Source: Phoronis australis
Taxonomy: Eukaryota > Animalia > Phoronida
Length of the DNA stretch: 64,000 nucleotides
Assembly: GCA_002633005.1 (NCBI GenBank)
Contig: NMRA01000114.1
Span: 147,570 to 211,569, forward strand
Direction of reading: 5' to 3'
Position 1 is the first letter of the stretch. The number at the start of each line of letters is the position of its first letter. Of the stretch, positions 13,827 to 25,150 are shown piece after piece. Below the pieces are notes generated by a model that was not told where the DNA came from, did not search any database, and worked only from the letters and a program-made list of their open reading frames with translations. The translations under genes and the position numbers were made by a program.

Positions 13827-16800
13827 CCCTTACAAAAATGAACTTAAGTTTTTCGCTGAAAACTTAAGTTTTTGGCAAAAAAAATTAAGTTTTTGGAAAA
13901 TAACTTAAGTTTTAGAGGAAAAACTTAAGTTCTTCCGAAAAACTTAAGTTTTTAAAAGAAACTTAAGTTTTTAAAAGAAACTTAAGTTTTTAAAACTTAA
14001 GTTCTTCGCCAAAAACTTAGGTTTTTCAACACAATGTTAAGTTTTTCAGAAAACTTAAGTTTTTCAGAAAACTTAATTTTTTTCAAGTGTAAAGTAAGTG
14101 TTTTTACAAATAAACTTAAGTTTCAAGTAATAACTTAAGTTTTCATGAAAACTTAAGTTTTTCAGAAAACTTAATTTTTTTCAAGTGTAAAGTAAGTGTT
14201 TTTACAAATAAACTTAAGTTTCAAGTAATAACTTAAGTTTTCATGAAAACTTAAGTTTTTTGTACTAACAAAACTTAAGTTTTTCTGATAACTTAAGTTT
14301 ATCACAAAACTTAATTTTTTTGTAATTTTAAAAACTTAAGTTTTCCTGACTTCTTAAGTTTTTCAGAAAACTGGATTTTTTCATTTTGTGGAAAACTTGA
14401 ATTTTATTAAAACTCTAAGGTTTCCATGCGATGAAAATTTACGATTTCAAATTTTTAAAATTTGAATATTGTGAGATATTTAATTTTTGGTTCGAAATTT
14501 TTCCCATTATTTTCCAACAAAAAATTATTGTTTGCTCATGCAAAACCCATCGTCTCATAAAAATGTTGCCCGAATGTTTCTTTAACATTGATATAAATAC
14601 AAACCATAAAACGACGAAGTCAACCTGGTCAGTACAGAATTAGTGCAGTTATGTAATCATTACAGCACGTCTTTGTGAACTAAATGTAGACGAACATCCG
14701 GTGACCAAAAGCAGTAAGAATGCACCCAATGTTTATCCCGAGACACTGACTTGGTCAGTACAATTTAATCAATGGAACTCATGCAATTCTTAAAAAAACG
14801 TAGTTATTGTGCAAGTTTCCTTTGTGTTGAGTTGTATTCGTAAGGCAGTTTCCACCGGAAGTCAACAGTTTGAATTTTATAACCGACAGTCAACTTCGAA
14901 GAAAAAGTCGTGTGTTGGCTAGCCCGCGACAATGAAGTTTATATTACTACGAGCAGAGCCAGCAAGAAGACATTTCAGAAGTTTTGGAAGTCAGGTTAGT
15001 GCCAGAGAGCGTTCTAAAATCGATTGGCCACAATCGGCGCTGTGATTTCCAACGAACGTGTTAAGTTCAGTTGTTATTGTCACAATGTCAGCGACTCACG
15101 AGTCATGCTGTCACACGGCATGGACTCATTCTGTGTGTGAATTATCTAAACTTCTAACGCGTAATATACATGTACTTCTGGAGGTCCATCAGAGGAAGCC
15201 ATAACGTTCACATCAGGCTATCACTCTATTATGTTTCTGTCTTCTGAGGTTGTGTCAGTGTGATCAATGCAAGGGGGGGAACTACCAAGGCAAAATGTAA
15301 TCATTTCCCAAGTTGGGTACATTTGGAATTGTGTGTGCTTATGTCTATGCTCGTAGTAATTCTTGGAAGCTCCTGATTTTGAAATCTCATATCACTACAG
15401 GTCAATGATTTGCAAGGTTCACTTGCCTCATCCACGCACCAATCCTAAAATATGGGGGGTGCTCAAATTTTTGGGAATGTTGACCTTTTACTAAAAAAAC
15501 GTAGTATGTTCAGAGCTGTGCGCAGTGCATTCCTGAACTACAGCTTTTTAGTGGACTCGTGTCTCGTTTTCTCAATTTTTTTTGTTTCTATGAGGCTGAC
15601 CTTTTCATGCCCACTTCGGCAAGAGGGGGCTGCTCGTTCGAGCCTCCCCTGGGTGCGCGCATGTGCCTGGCTCTCAAAATTAAGAATAACCAATGTAACT
15701 ATTGTATTGCCTATTTTGACTGATTTGCTCAGGTTTGTCGGGTGGATCTAGGTTATTGAATGCGAAAGGACATCCCGATCCCACTACTAGTACCCTATCT
15801 GGAATACCCCCCGGCATAGGTCACAATGTACTCAAGTGAACTCTCACCAGTTAACATGTTAACTATTGTTAAGCACAGTGAAACTTGCATAATTCCTATC
15901 TAATTGCACCAAATAATTAATCCAAATAAGGAAAATCTGTGTGACTTGACTTTGGGATTGAGTATGTGCTTTCGAATTTTTACCGGGTTGTGGAATACTA
16001 GAATGTCGCAAAAGTTTGCATATTCAGACTTAAAATTTTCATATTCAATGCGAGTTCGACTGGTTTTATTGAAATCAAATATTTCAGTGTCATGGTGAAA
16101 GTGATAGTTAATCTGGGTACAACTTTACCTAGGAGTTGAGTTGAGTTCAATATGGACTGACTAGAATGATCTCCTCATGTTTGTAGGGGCATATTCTTTT
16201 CCCTCTAGAAATTTGCTTGGAACCTCAATTTAATATCTTTGCAAATGTCAGCCAGTAAAGTGATTGGTAGGAGTACTGGATATAGTATTTTTATGTTTAT
16301 TATTAGTACATGAGATAATAATTTTATTTTTACTGTAAACTATTATGGTTACGTAAGACTTCTCGTGAAGACCATGCCAGTAACTTCAATGGTGGATTCA
16401 GAGGACAGCTAAGGGGCCATGGCCCCGGCCCCCTAAAACGCTACAAGATCAACTGGCAGTTGGGGTGGACGGGGTGAATGTCTGATGGGCAAAACCCTAC
16501 TCTGCCCTAACCCCCCAACTCAAAATCCTGGACCCTCCCCCCACCGCCCCTGATCTTTACATGGATAACATTCCCTGTAAATGGGTTATGTCTGTATTCT
16601 TAAGAAGCTATCACATACTGTTATGTTTGCTTATTTCTCATTGTTTTCAGGTCTCTATTAACTTGGCGGAGTACTTGGAAGAACTAAACATCCAAACATT
16701 TGCATCGAAACAATCACCCAGGGGTGGTATTGGGCTGTCTACATCGACGTGGCAACTTTAAGTTCGTTCCAAAAAACGTGTTCCAAAATACTTAAGTTTT

Positions 16801-16873
16801 CGCCAAAAGCTTAAGTTTTCGGGAATGAAAACTTAAGTTTTTCGATGAAAACTTAAGCTCATTTTTGTAAGGG
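13827..16873. mobile_element. Non-autonomous EnSpm/CMC-type DNA transposon with subterminal AACTTAAGTT arrays
   Basis: Terminal inverted repeat (TIR) CCCTTACAAAAATGA...TCATTTTTGTAAGGG with a 2-bp CA TSD. Many palindromic AACTTAAGTT copies at 13840-14360 and 16790-16860. An empty site is seen in an inverted related repeat at about 44575-44600. Confidence 0.85.
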
Positions 16874-17749
16874 CAAGACTGAGCGAAGAGCGTGACCGGG
16901 CGCGTGACACTTGCAAAAATAGTATGGGACGACATCAAGTGAAATTTGCAAGATTTGTTTCCCTTGGACTTTTTATGAGGATGTACTGTGGCCCCTGTGT
17001 GTCTTTGCGGTATTCAGGGCGATATAAATACCTAGTTCGGGTACACTTCCGATTTCAGTCCGTTCACAGCTTCGCACAACAGCAAAATCACCTTTTCTTT
17101 GTGCATTCACAGTTATTCCACGATCCATCAGCTAACTCTTAAGTTGTGGTAACGTTTTAAGTGTAAAATTCTTTATAAAAGCTCGCTAAGATTTCGCCCG
17201 TGTAGCAAAGACTCGGGAACAAAACTAGGGCAACATGGCGGGTTTTGCCCTGATTCTGGTGACGTCATATCTAATATCTGGAAACTCGCAAGTGAGCTAT
17301 TGTTTTCCGCCATCATCTTGCAGACGTCGCCTTGCTGTTCAATAAGCTGCTACTAGATTATGCACTAAAAATAGCGTAAATAGCGTGGTATGTTGGAATT
17401 GATGCAGTGATACTAAGTGCGTGTCGTTTTATAATTTTAGAGGTCGCATAGCACGCGTTAAAGTGGGGTGCAATTTTCTCCAACCCCAACGATCCAGTGA
17501 CGAGGAGGTGTACTGTGATTGACCGGGGGTAATTGTGCTCCTTGGGTAGGGGAGCTAGCCGAAAAAGACGATTCTTGCTAAGTTGCCATACATTGTTGTT
17601 TCATGCGTTTTTGTGGCTTTTGTACCAAAAATTGCCAAATTTACTGGCGTTGGGTACTGATTTTCTTTAAAGATTGAAGCGTCATTTTTGCAAAAAGTTT
17701 AGTCACAAACCGTAACCACTCATTCTATGTTCCTTTGTTTTGTATATTT

Positions 17750-17874
17750 TTACGTACAGCGACATGTACACCATAATCCCAGGCTGCAGTATCCGCCCTT
17801 TTTAGCGCCTTTTCCTTTGCAATCGTAGTAACAGATCCGTTCATAACAATGTGTGTACTCTCTTTCCTGTATAT
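17750..17874 (-). CDS. Defensin-like gene A, coding exon 2: (D)IQEREYTHCYERICYYDCKGKGAKKGGYCSLGLWCTCRCT*
   Basis: Acceptor tcctctatttcag| at 17875. The phase-1 join with exon 1 is in frame to TAA at 17752-17750. Cys spacing C-x4-C-x3-C-x10-C-x5-C-x-C-x-C contains the CxxxC, GxC and CxC motifs of CSab defensins. Confidence 0.9.
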
Positions 17875-17976
17875 CTGAAATAGAGGACATTATTCACTTG
17901 CAACACAGTCGTACTTCATTCTTACATTTCTAACGGTGAGTACGCATTTTCACCGATCATTATCAATTACATGTAG

Positions 17977-18154
17977 CAGGGGTGGATGCAGGATTTTGAG
18001 TTTGGGGGGCAGGCCAGATTATTATAGAGGATTTTTCCGCGGGAAAAACGCACCTTTCCAAACTGCCTTTTGGAATCTGGGGAATTTTTAGGGGGTGCAT
18101 TGCCTTCCTGCCCCCCCCCCCCCCCCCNCCCCCCCCCCCTTCATTCCGCCACTG
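17977..18154. mobile_element. Small MITE-like insertion with a poly-C tract in the gene A intron
   Basis: CAGGGGTGGAT...ATTCCGCCACTG ends. Absent from the paralogous intron near 57160. One N at 18128. Confidence 0.6.
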
Positions 18155-19294
18155 ATTACAGCATCCGTGCAGCTCGTGAAGCATACAAGTTGACTAGCAC
18201 AGTGTTGAAGCTTTCACTGAATAAACGTGTCCATGTTACTCGGGAAGGTCACGGAATCTGCGATGGATTTTTTCGTTTTAGATTCTTGGTGTACGTAGAC
18301 AACAGGTTTTATGGCTTAAGAAAAACCATCATTAATTCAATCTTAATTTGAAGAAGGTTTTGAACCTGGCAATTTTAACCAGGTGAACATCCGGTCAACA
18401 TAGCTTACCATAGGTAATTAGACAATTTGTTATCAACTCGTAATTTCATGAATATTTATTTACCTTTATAACGTAGGTGCATATCATTAATCGAGATTTA
18501 ATAACCAACAGATATCATCACGTATGTTATATAACATATTTTCACATATACCCAAACGACTTTCTGAGGTGCAGATTCGCCTAATCTGTCAGTGATAGTG
18601 AAGCGACGATAATTTGTTTCAATTCTTTTTTAAAGTTTCTTCGAATTAATGAAATAACCACAATCAATAACTTGTTTTAATTATTGACTGTTTATTCATT
18701 TTAAATTTTCAAACAGTGGCACTGTGTAACATTAGGCATTCTTTTTCCGTGTTGTCATGGTAACCTTGGATGTAAGATCAATCATTGTGTAAACAATATC
18801 TAGTACTTTTTTATGTTTTTATCATAATTTTTCATCACTTTTCAATTTCTATTAAAGTGTAGATTAAATGAGCGTCACGTGATATACCTTTTGAGTTTTT
18901 ATTTCATTTTTCGTTATTCAGTATTTCAGTATAAAAAACTCTGAACACGTTTTGAGAAGTTGATGGCTTCGATATTTTAGTTTGTAGGGGTAAAAGATTT
19001 CCATCTCGGTCAGAAATATTCTGAAACCGATTTGATTTGAGAGAAAGTCCCAATTCAGTTTTTGTTTTGGCCATCTATACCGTAGGACGGAATGCAGTTT
19101 TAAATTTGAACTGTTACCATTGTTTCACGTCATAAACTTGAAGAGACTCTTGTTCTTAAGACGCAAGGAACTAGCGAAAACGCGAAACTTCCCGAGATAT
19201 CCCGAGGCATTACAAATAATGCCTGTGATCACTTTAACTTTACTTGCGAAATTCTTGCAGAACCCGCCCCAGAGCACTGAGTTATTGTTCTCAC

Positions 19295-19376
19295 CGACGT
19301 CTTTGCCATCTATCGGCAGCGCCTGAAGGCAGCCCACAGCCAGCATCAATATAATGAATACCGCGATACACTTCAT
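19295..19376 (-). CDS. Defensin-like gene A, coding exon 1: signal peptide plus propiece MKCIAVFIILMLAVGCLQALPIDGKDV, followed by a phase-1 intron
   Basis: ATG at 19376, a basic residue, a hydrophobic core and an L-Q-A cleavage-type motif. Donor G|GTGAGA at 19295/19294 lies at the same position as G|GTAAGT in the paralog. 70 of 82 nt are identical to 61320-61239. Confidence 0.9.
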
Positions 19377-19690
19377 GACTTCTGGTTTTCTGTAATTCAG
19401 TCAGTTTCAGATCAAGTTCCGAGAAACAAGTATGTAAAAGAAGAAACAAGTATGTGACATTAAAACAAAATGCAAATAAACGTTTGCAAATCTTTTGAAA
19501 ATTACTCTTCCGTTTTATCACGTAGAAATTGAAACATATGCGGATACACAGTTTTCTGCATACCCTGTACCTAAGATTCAGTTGAAAAGTCAAGTATCTG
19601 CACGAGTCTCTGTGAACGGCCTACTTCCATCTTGTGAATTGCAGATTTGAAAAACGCCTTGTAACTTAACAACAAGCAGTTAGTAGAAAA
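19377..19690 (-). promoter_or_regulatory. Conserved 5' region of gene A: candidate 5'UTR intron, non-coding exon and promoter
   Basis: Aligns by eye with 61321-61650. Both copies have ctgaattacag|AAAAC(C/T)AGAAGTC-ATG, an acceptor-like site 13 nt before the ATG. Possible GT donors lie near 19570 and 61520. Confidence 0.5.
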
Positions 19691-20784
19691 TACATAATTT
19701 ATGCTAGTGTAAAATAACCTTTTAGAAAGTTGGTATTTCGGAACCTTTTAAAGGAGGTGAAGAAATTTAGACAGTTTGCCTCGTCTGGTGGCAGCAACTA
19801 GAAAATCAAAATTCCCATTATTTAACATTTGATTCCCAATATGCAGCGTATCTGGGACCAAATACTCACCTTTTCAAAGCCTACCCTTTTCAAACACAAT
19901 CCTGGGAAAGTGAGCCTTCTCTAAAAGTGTGCTGCAACAATTGAATCTTAGCCTTAAGCCTACTTTTTATTTCTCAAAATCGACGAAACTGACTGCAGTT
20001 TCCGAGACAGAGTGCCATCTATTCGCTCAAAGACGATACTGCTTTTCCCAGCACTTCTTCGGATTTTGCAGCACTACACGGAGCTTACGGTTTGACGAAG
20101 CTGAATTAATTTACGCTCACACACTCCCTATTAATGCTTACATTCCCGCAGGTCTTGGTATGACAATCGCAGTAGGGTGCATGTGAGAAACTGCTGTCTA
20201 GGGATGTAATCGGTGTCTAAGGAGGTACAAGTAGAATCAAATCATCTGTGGCGGAAGCAAAACTGCGGTCGACGGAGGGAGGTTGCACTCACATCTACTT
20301 CGCCCTCATCCACTTGACACATGTAAAAGCAAATTTCCTTACGCCTGTACGTGACTTATTCTGGCTACCATACTTACCCTGTTGTCTTCGCTCCTTACTG
20401 CAAGGTTATGGATTACTAATAATGTATCCCGTTGTATATTCTGCCAACTGTAATGAAGTAGAATACAGTAATAGAATTACTAATGTGATGGCGTTAATAA
20501 TGGTGTAATTTTGGTTGCATATATTGTCATTACCGGCTACACTTGACGATGTTGAGATAATTCCGGCTCATAAAGGTCCAAAAATTCAGCAGAACACATT
20601 CTGAATTTTAAATTTAGATATCAATATTTAAAACTGAAATTTAAACCAGTTTATTACAGTAGTTACGCATCTTTCACATATATAACCAGATACCAACACA
20701 CAAGACGAACATTTGGTTAGCTTCATCACCGAGTCCATACTTTAAACAATTAAGACGGTAAGTTGATGAAAGCAAAAACGGCAT

Positions 20785-22563
20785 AGACCCTATTCACGCC
20801 GACAGGAGGCGCGTTCCAAAACGAGGCTCGTTACGATAGCTCTGATAGCTTATCCGCGTAGTTGTACTCCGCGTTGCTCGAACAGCTAGAAAAAATACGA
20901 ACACTCTGTTTTACAATCCCTAACGACGCAGGGATTCGGAAGCGTTGAGTCCTTGCCATACACCGTGACGAAGGAAAATGTGTCCGTGTAAATTTCATAA
21001 CTGTTTTCGAATCATAATTTGTCGCATTTCGGAATGGATGCCGCCATATATATACGAGGACCGGAGAATCTTCGGCCAGCCAGGCTGTGTTTTCATGACT
21101 ATGGGTTGAAGCGCGATGCATTTTTCTTTACAAAAAAGGACAGGGCCCTCAATCCCTCAATTTTGGGGCCAAATATCGGCCCTATTCTCCTCTCAAAAAT
21201 ATTGAAAAATCACGCGAAATTCCCGGCCACGCGGGCCTAAAAATCCCCTATGTGAAAATTTCTCTCCAACGGTTCAAATCACCTGTGACCACAGAGGTGA
21301 CAATCTGAAAAAGTACAAAATCATAGGCGGATTTAGGGGGTTGGACAGGGACCCATCCCTCCCTCTTGACTGCCGCAAGGAAAGTAAACCAGCAAAGCAT
21401 GAAGCGAAAGGAAACTTGTACTCAGTGAGTTCGAGCTAGGACCGGCAGTGGACGAGGGGGGAAAACAGGTTCCGTTTTATTTTTTTTTTTAGTCCAACGA
21501 CAGATTTCCTGGGCATAAGGTATACATCCTCGGCGCCCGCAACTTCCGAGCCGCCTGCGTGCATACAATCGCGCTTTGCCCGCTTCTCCGAGGATGTTGG
21601 GCTCCCCCTCACAGTGGTATCCTAGATCAGCCATTGAAAATGCTACTTGAGACAGAGCTATGGGAACTTGCAAAAGGGCGGGGTGCTATTGATGGTGATC
21701 GGGAGGTCAGTAGAGTTTCACTGACCCGTCACTCGGCAAAACGTTCCTCTCTCAGAAGGCTGCACACTTATGAGGCACCTTTCCCCTCGGATGTGAACGA
21801 GGCCTCTGAAGAAACATGATAACTATACTTGTTCCAGAAGGGATCCAGGACTTTGAGTTGGGGGGCACGGCAGAGTATTAGCCAGGATTTTGCCCGTCAT
21901 AAATTCGCGCTCCTGAACTGCCAAATGGAATCTGGGAGAATTTTAGGGGGGGGGCTGGGGCATAGCAAATCAAAATATATATTTAATAACATCAAGTATT
22001 ATTTCAGATCAATGACAAAACAACTGACAGTCCCGGTAGTGCCTACCTCACCAGGACCTAGACTATGCTTGAAGCTAATAGGCCTACTCTTCATCAACAA
22101 ATTAAAGCAGATGAGACTAATTGCACATGACAGTAAAATGCTATGAGCCACCACTGTCGAATATATCTTCAACTCCTCAACAATACGACCAGATGACCTG
22201 GTTCGTGTAGAAAGCGTTTTTATCAAGAATTTATTGGAAGAAACGTAACCCTGCATTCAGCATGATACCTAATCCGTAACACTACGATCGCCGGAATTTG
22301 GTCATGTTTACTTTTCATGTTTCGAGCCTAGTTTTCCGGAAAAAACTATATCCTTTCGTCAGACAACTCTTTGGTGCATTGACTTGTTCTTGAACTGTAT
22401 TATCTACGTCTCTGTGGTTAATTATTGACACATTTTTTTAACATTTGATATTCATGTTGGACTCCAAAGACCGGTCATTTAACTCACACAATGTAAATTT
22501 CCGCTTTGTTTATCGCAGTGAGCCTCGCTTTGGATTTTAATGTCCGCCGCGTGAATAGAGTCT
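20785..22563. mobile_element. Non-autonomous TIR element with AT TSD (ISL2EU/Harbinger-like)
   Basis: AT-AGACCCTATTCACGC ... GCGTGAATAGAGTCT-AT. The superfamily is inferred only from the ends. Confidence 0.7.
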
Positions 22564-22629
22564 ATATGCAGCAGTACCATTAATCAATCTTGATATTTGC
22601 GTTGGGTGAAGAAAAGACGTGTGTACATG

Positions 22630-22633
22630 TGTG

Positions 22634-22678
<45 letters not shown>
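22630..22678. repeat. (TA)n microsatellite
   Basis: Directly visible. Confidence 0.95.
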
Positions 22679-23914
22679 CCCATACGCGTTGAATCTGTCG
22701 AGAGAAATACGGCCATGTAATAAAGTTTTCCGTAATCATCTCCCGCATTACTTCAACAGTGAACTCAGACATGGAAAGTTCAAAAGGTAGGTCATATGTT
22801 GACTCGACGTCTTCAGCCGGTTCAATACTCAAACTTTCCGAATATAGTTTAAAGTAATACAGTTGCGGCAGCGTAACTAACAGTCGCCATGCAACCAGGC
22901 CCTCAACGTAAAATCTGGAACAAAACTGTTAATTATAAAACACTTATGTCTCAGTTTTCAATTACTGAATACTATGTCGTCTGAAACTAAAACATCAAAT
23001 GTTGTTTTTTAACTAGTTGCAGGTTACACGTTCACTGAACAGTTGCCGTTGTTTAAATCTTTGTTAACTCTTTTCAAGTAATAAATCGTTATTTTTAAAA
23101 CTGTTTATTTTACAAGAGAAAACTTGCAACCTAACGCGCAAGTACATACATATGGGATGTGATCCGCCATGTGAACAGTCTGGGTGAAGTACATGTAGCT
23201 GGCTAGATAGGAAGGCTCTAGCTTCGAAAAATTTTTCACTGCGAAGTTGACAACAATTTCAGAATGATGATGGATGATGGATTACACTATAAACCGATCA
23301 CAGTCTTCCGTTTTCATGCGCCCATGATTTAATATCGGCGCTATGTTCAAACCATTGTTTATATTGTTCCTAAAATAAACTTGGGTTCTATTGCTGTACC
23401 AACATATTAAGAAATTATACAGAAATAAACAACAATTATCTGTGGTAAAGCGCAATATACAGCGTGACGAAGTGATGATCAAGAGCAATAACGGATGAGC
23501 GCAAATGCGTGCTGCTTGTTGAGCAATCCGCGGCATGAAAACATTTGAGGTCGTAAAATATCCAGTGTTGTATTCTGGTTTTTATGCAATTTTGCTGTAA
23601 ATTTCAAATTTCGTGCTTGTTTTTATGCATAATGCACTGCATAAAAAGTCTGATATCTAAATTTAGAAATTATTTTTCCGCTATATCACTTAACTTTTGA
23701 TTTTACCACGCCGTCATTAATTCAACATAAGGTATTCGGCTTGTGTAATGCCACGCACTTCGTATTTGTAGGTTGATTCGATTTTACCTCCATTTAATAG
23801 TTGAACAAAATTTGATAAACCGATGTCAAGACCGGAGTTGCCACTGGTAAACGAACAGCGAACAGTTAAATGTTTGTTTGTCCAAAGTTCACCCGCTAAG
23901 TCATAAAATGCTAA

Positions 23915-24110
23915 TTGCCGACCAAGGACACGCTTAATCCGAATTGGTCGTCTACGCTAGGCGACCAATTAGCCGACCCAAGTGCCGACCACAGAGGCGA
24001 CTAAGCAGACGGCTCCTAGCCGACCGTTGTTGCTCGGCTGGTGGTCGGCTAGACGACCGGTCGACGGCCGGTCGTCGACCAATTTCCGACCGGTCGGCCA
24101 AAAATTCGTG
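23915..24110. repeat. GC-rich palindromic MITE-like segment with (CGAC/GTCG) repeats
   Basis: Nested palindromes such as ccgaccggtcgg and accggtcgacggccggt. Confidence 0.55.
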
Positions 24111-24374
24111 ATGTGTGCTGTATTTGAAAAATCTGCCGAAAAATGTAAGACACTAAGGAATTCGAAGCGCATGGGATAAATACAAAACATACCTCGATTG
24201 GCGTACAAGAAGTAATATCCCACTCGACCTTATTCCGCGTATTGACCTCGACCTTCGCTCTCGGTCGATACGCGGAATAATGTCTCGTGGGACGTCACAT
24301 AACTTCATGTACATGTACGCCACTCTCGGTACCTTTTGTGTATACATACTTTGCTGTGCAACGCAATCTACATA

Positions 24375-24770
24375 TCACCTAAATAAGCATAGAGTACTTC
24401 GAACTCCAGTCAGCTGCTCATTCAAACTGGCTTTTTCAAACATTAGAAGCGACTCTAACGTTCGTAACCTGTGTACATCATTTTTAATGTATCTAATGAC
24501 TGTATTGTCGACAATCTCCTGACGAGTCATCTTGCGACCATGGACGAAATGGGCTTTTATGGAGCCGTTTTGTAAATGCATTGAAAGTCGTCGTGACAAG
24601 GAACATACAGTGTGCCCAATGTAATTTCGTTTCTAATGAGGAGGGAAACATTCGACCGCGGGACAAGTAAACTCATAAACAGCATTACATCAAGCAACAG
24701 TGCGGACCTACTCACTACTAATATTGTTTCTCATTACTAAATTAGAGGTCTTCATATTCTTGTAATTCTA
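24375..24770 (-). mobile_element. Penelope-like retroelement GIY-YIG endonuclease 3' fragment
   Basis: Manual translation gives YKNMKTSNLVMRNN..AVYEFTCPAVEC..NYIGHTVCSLSRRLSMHLQNGSIKAHF..RLRTLESLL..SLNEQ, with in-frame stops. VYxFxC..YIGxT..RxxxH is the Penelope GIY-YIG signature. Confidence 0.85.
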
Positions 24771-25150
24771 CTGGCAAACTAGATGTAATTATATTATTAC
24801 ATAATGGTCTTATTTATTATTACTCTACTTTTATTTATGTAGTGAGTGTTATTTATTAATTCATACTTACTTTATTAAATCTCTTTCAGCCCCAAAAGCA
24901 ATAATATAAATAATACTTTTTAACTAAACATCATTCAAGAATGATTGGACTGTCTCCGGTCAGTCCAAGAGTTATTACCTCTGCTGCTTGGTTTAAGATC
25001 TTTTATAGGCCTAACTATCAGCAATTCCCGTACCAGGATGAATTTCAAAACTATCTTGACTTGTTTGCGTCACACGTGATGTGCGACGTCTATATTGAAA
25101 GTGCGCCATATTTTTACGTTGATTTCCTTTGTTGGATTTCGGAAGAGAAA

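Larger units (their letters stand above)
8690..19690. repeat. Segmental duplication copy 1 (contains gene A)
   Basis: Colinear direct matches: 8690-8930 with 53920-54140, 11390-13475 with 54410-56410, 17620-17960 with 56690-57000, 18160-18530 with 57165-57460, 19060-19110 with 59960-60015, and 19230-19690 with 61180-61650. Copy-specific insertions interrupt the alignment. Confidence 0.9.

Noticed and set aside
13840-14360. CRISPR-like array
   Set aside because: The units are short palindromes with irregular tiny spacers inside a TIR element, the context is eukaryotic, and there are no cas genes.
17926-17929. 4-nt micro-exon (ag|AAAT|gtaag, and ag|AGCG|gtaag in B)
   Set aside because: It is not a multiple of three and would break the defensin frame in both genes.
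19125-19376. 83-aa single-exon secreted cationic peptide from the ORF track
   Set aside because: Residues after 27 are intron read-through. The paralog has a consensus donor at the same position and stops after about 16 further codons, and the spliced form gives a defensin scaffold in both copies. Intron retention cannot be excluded without RNA data.
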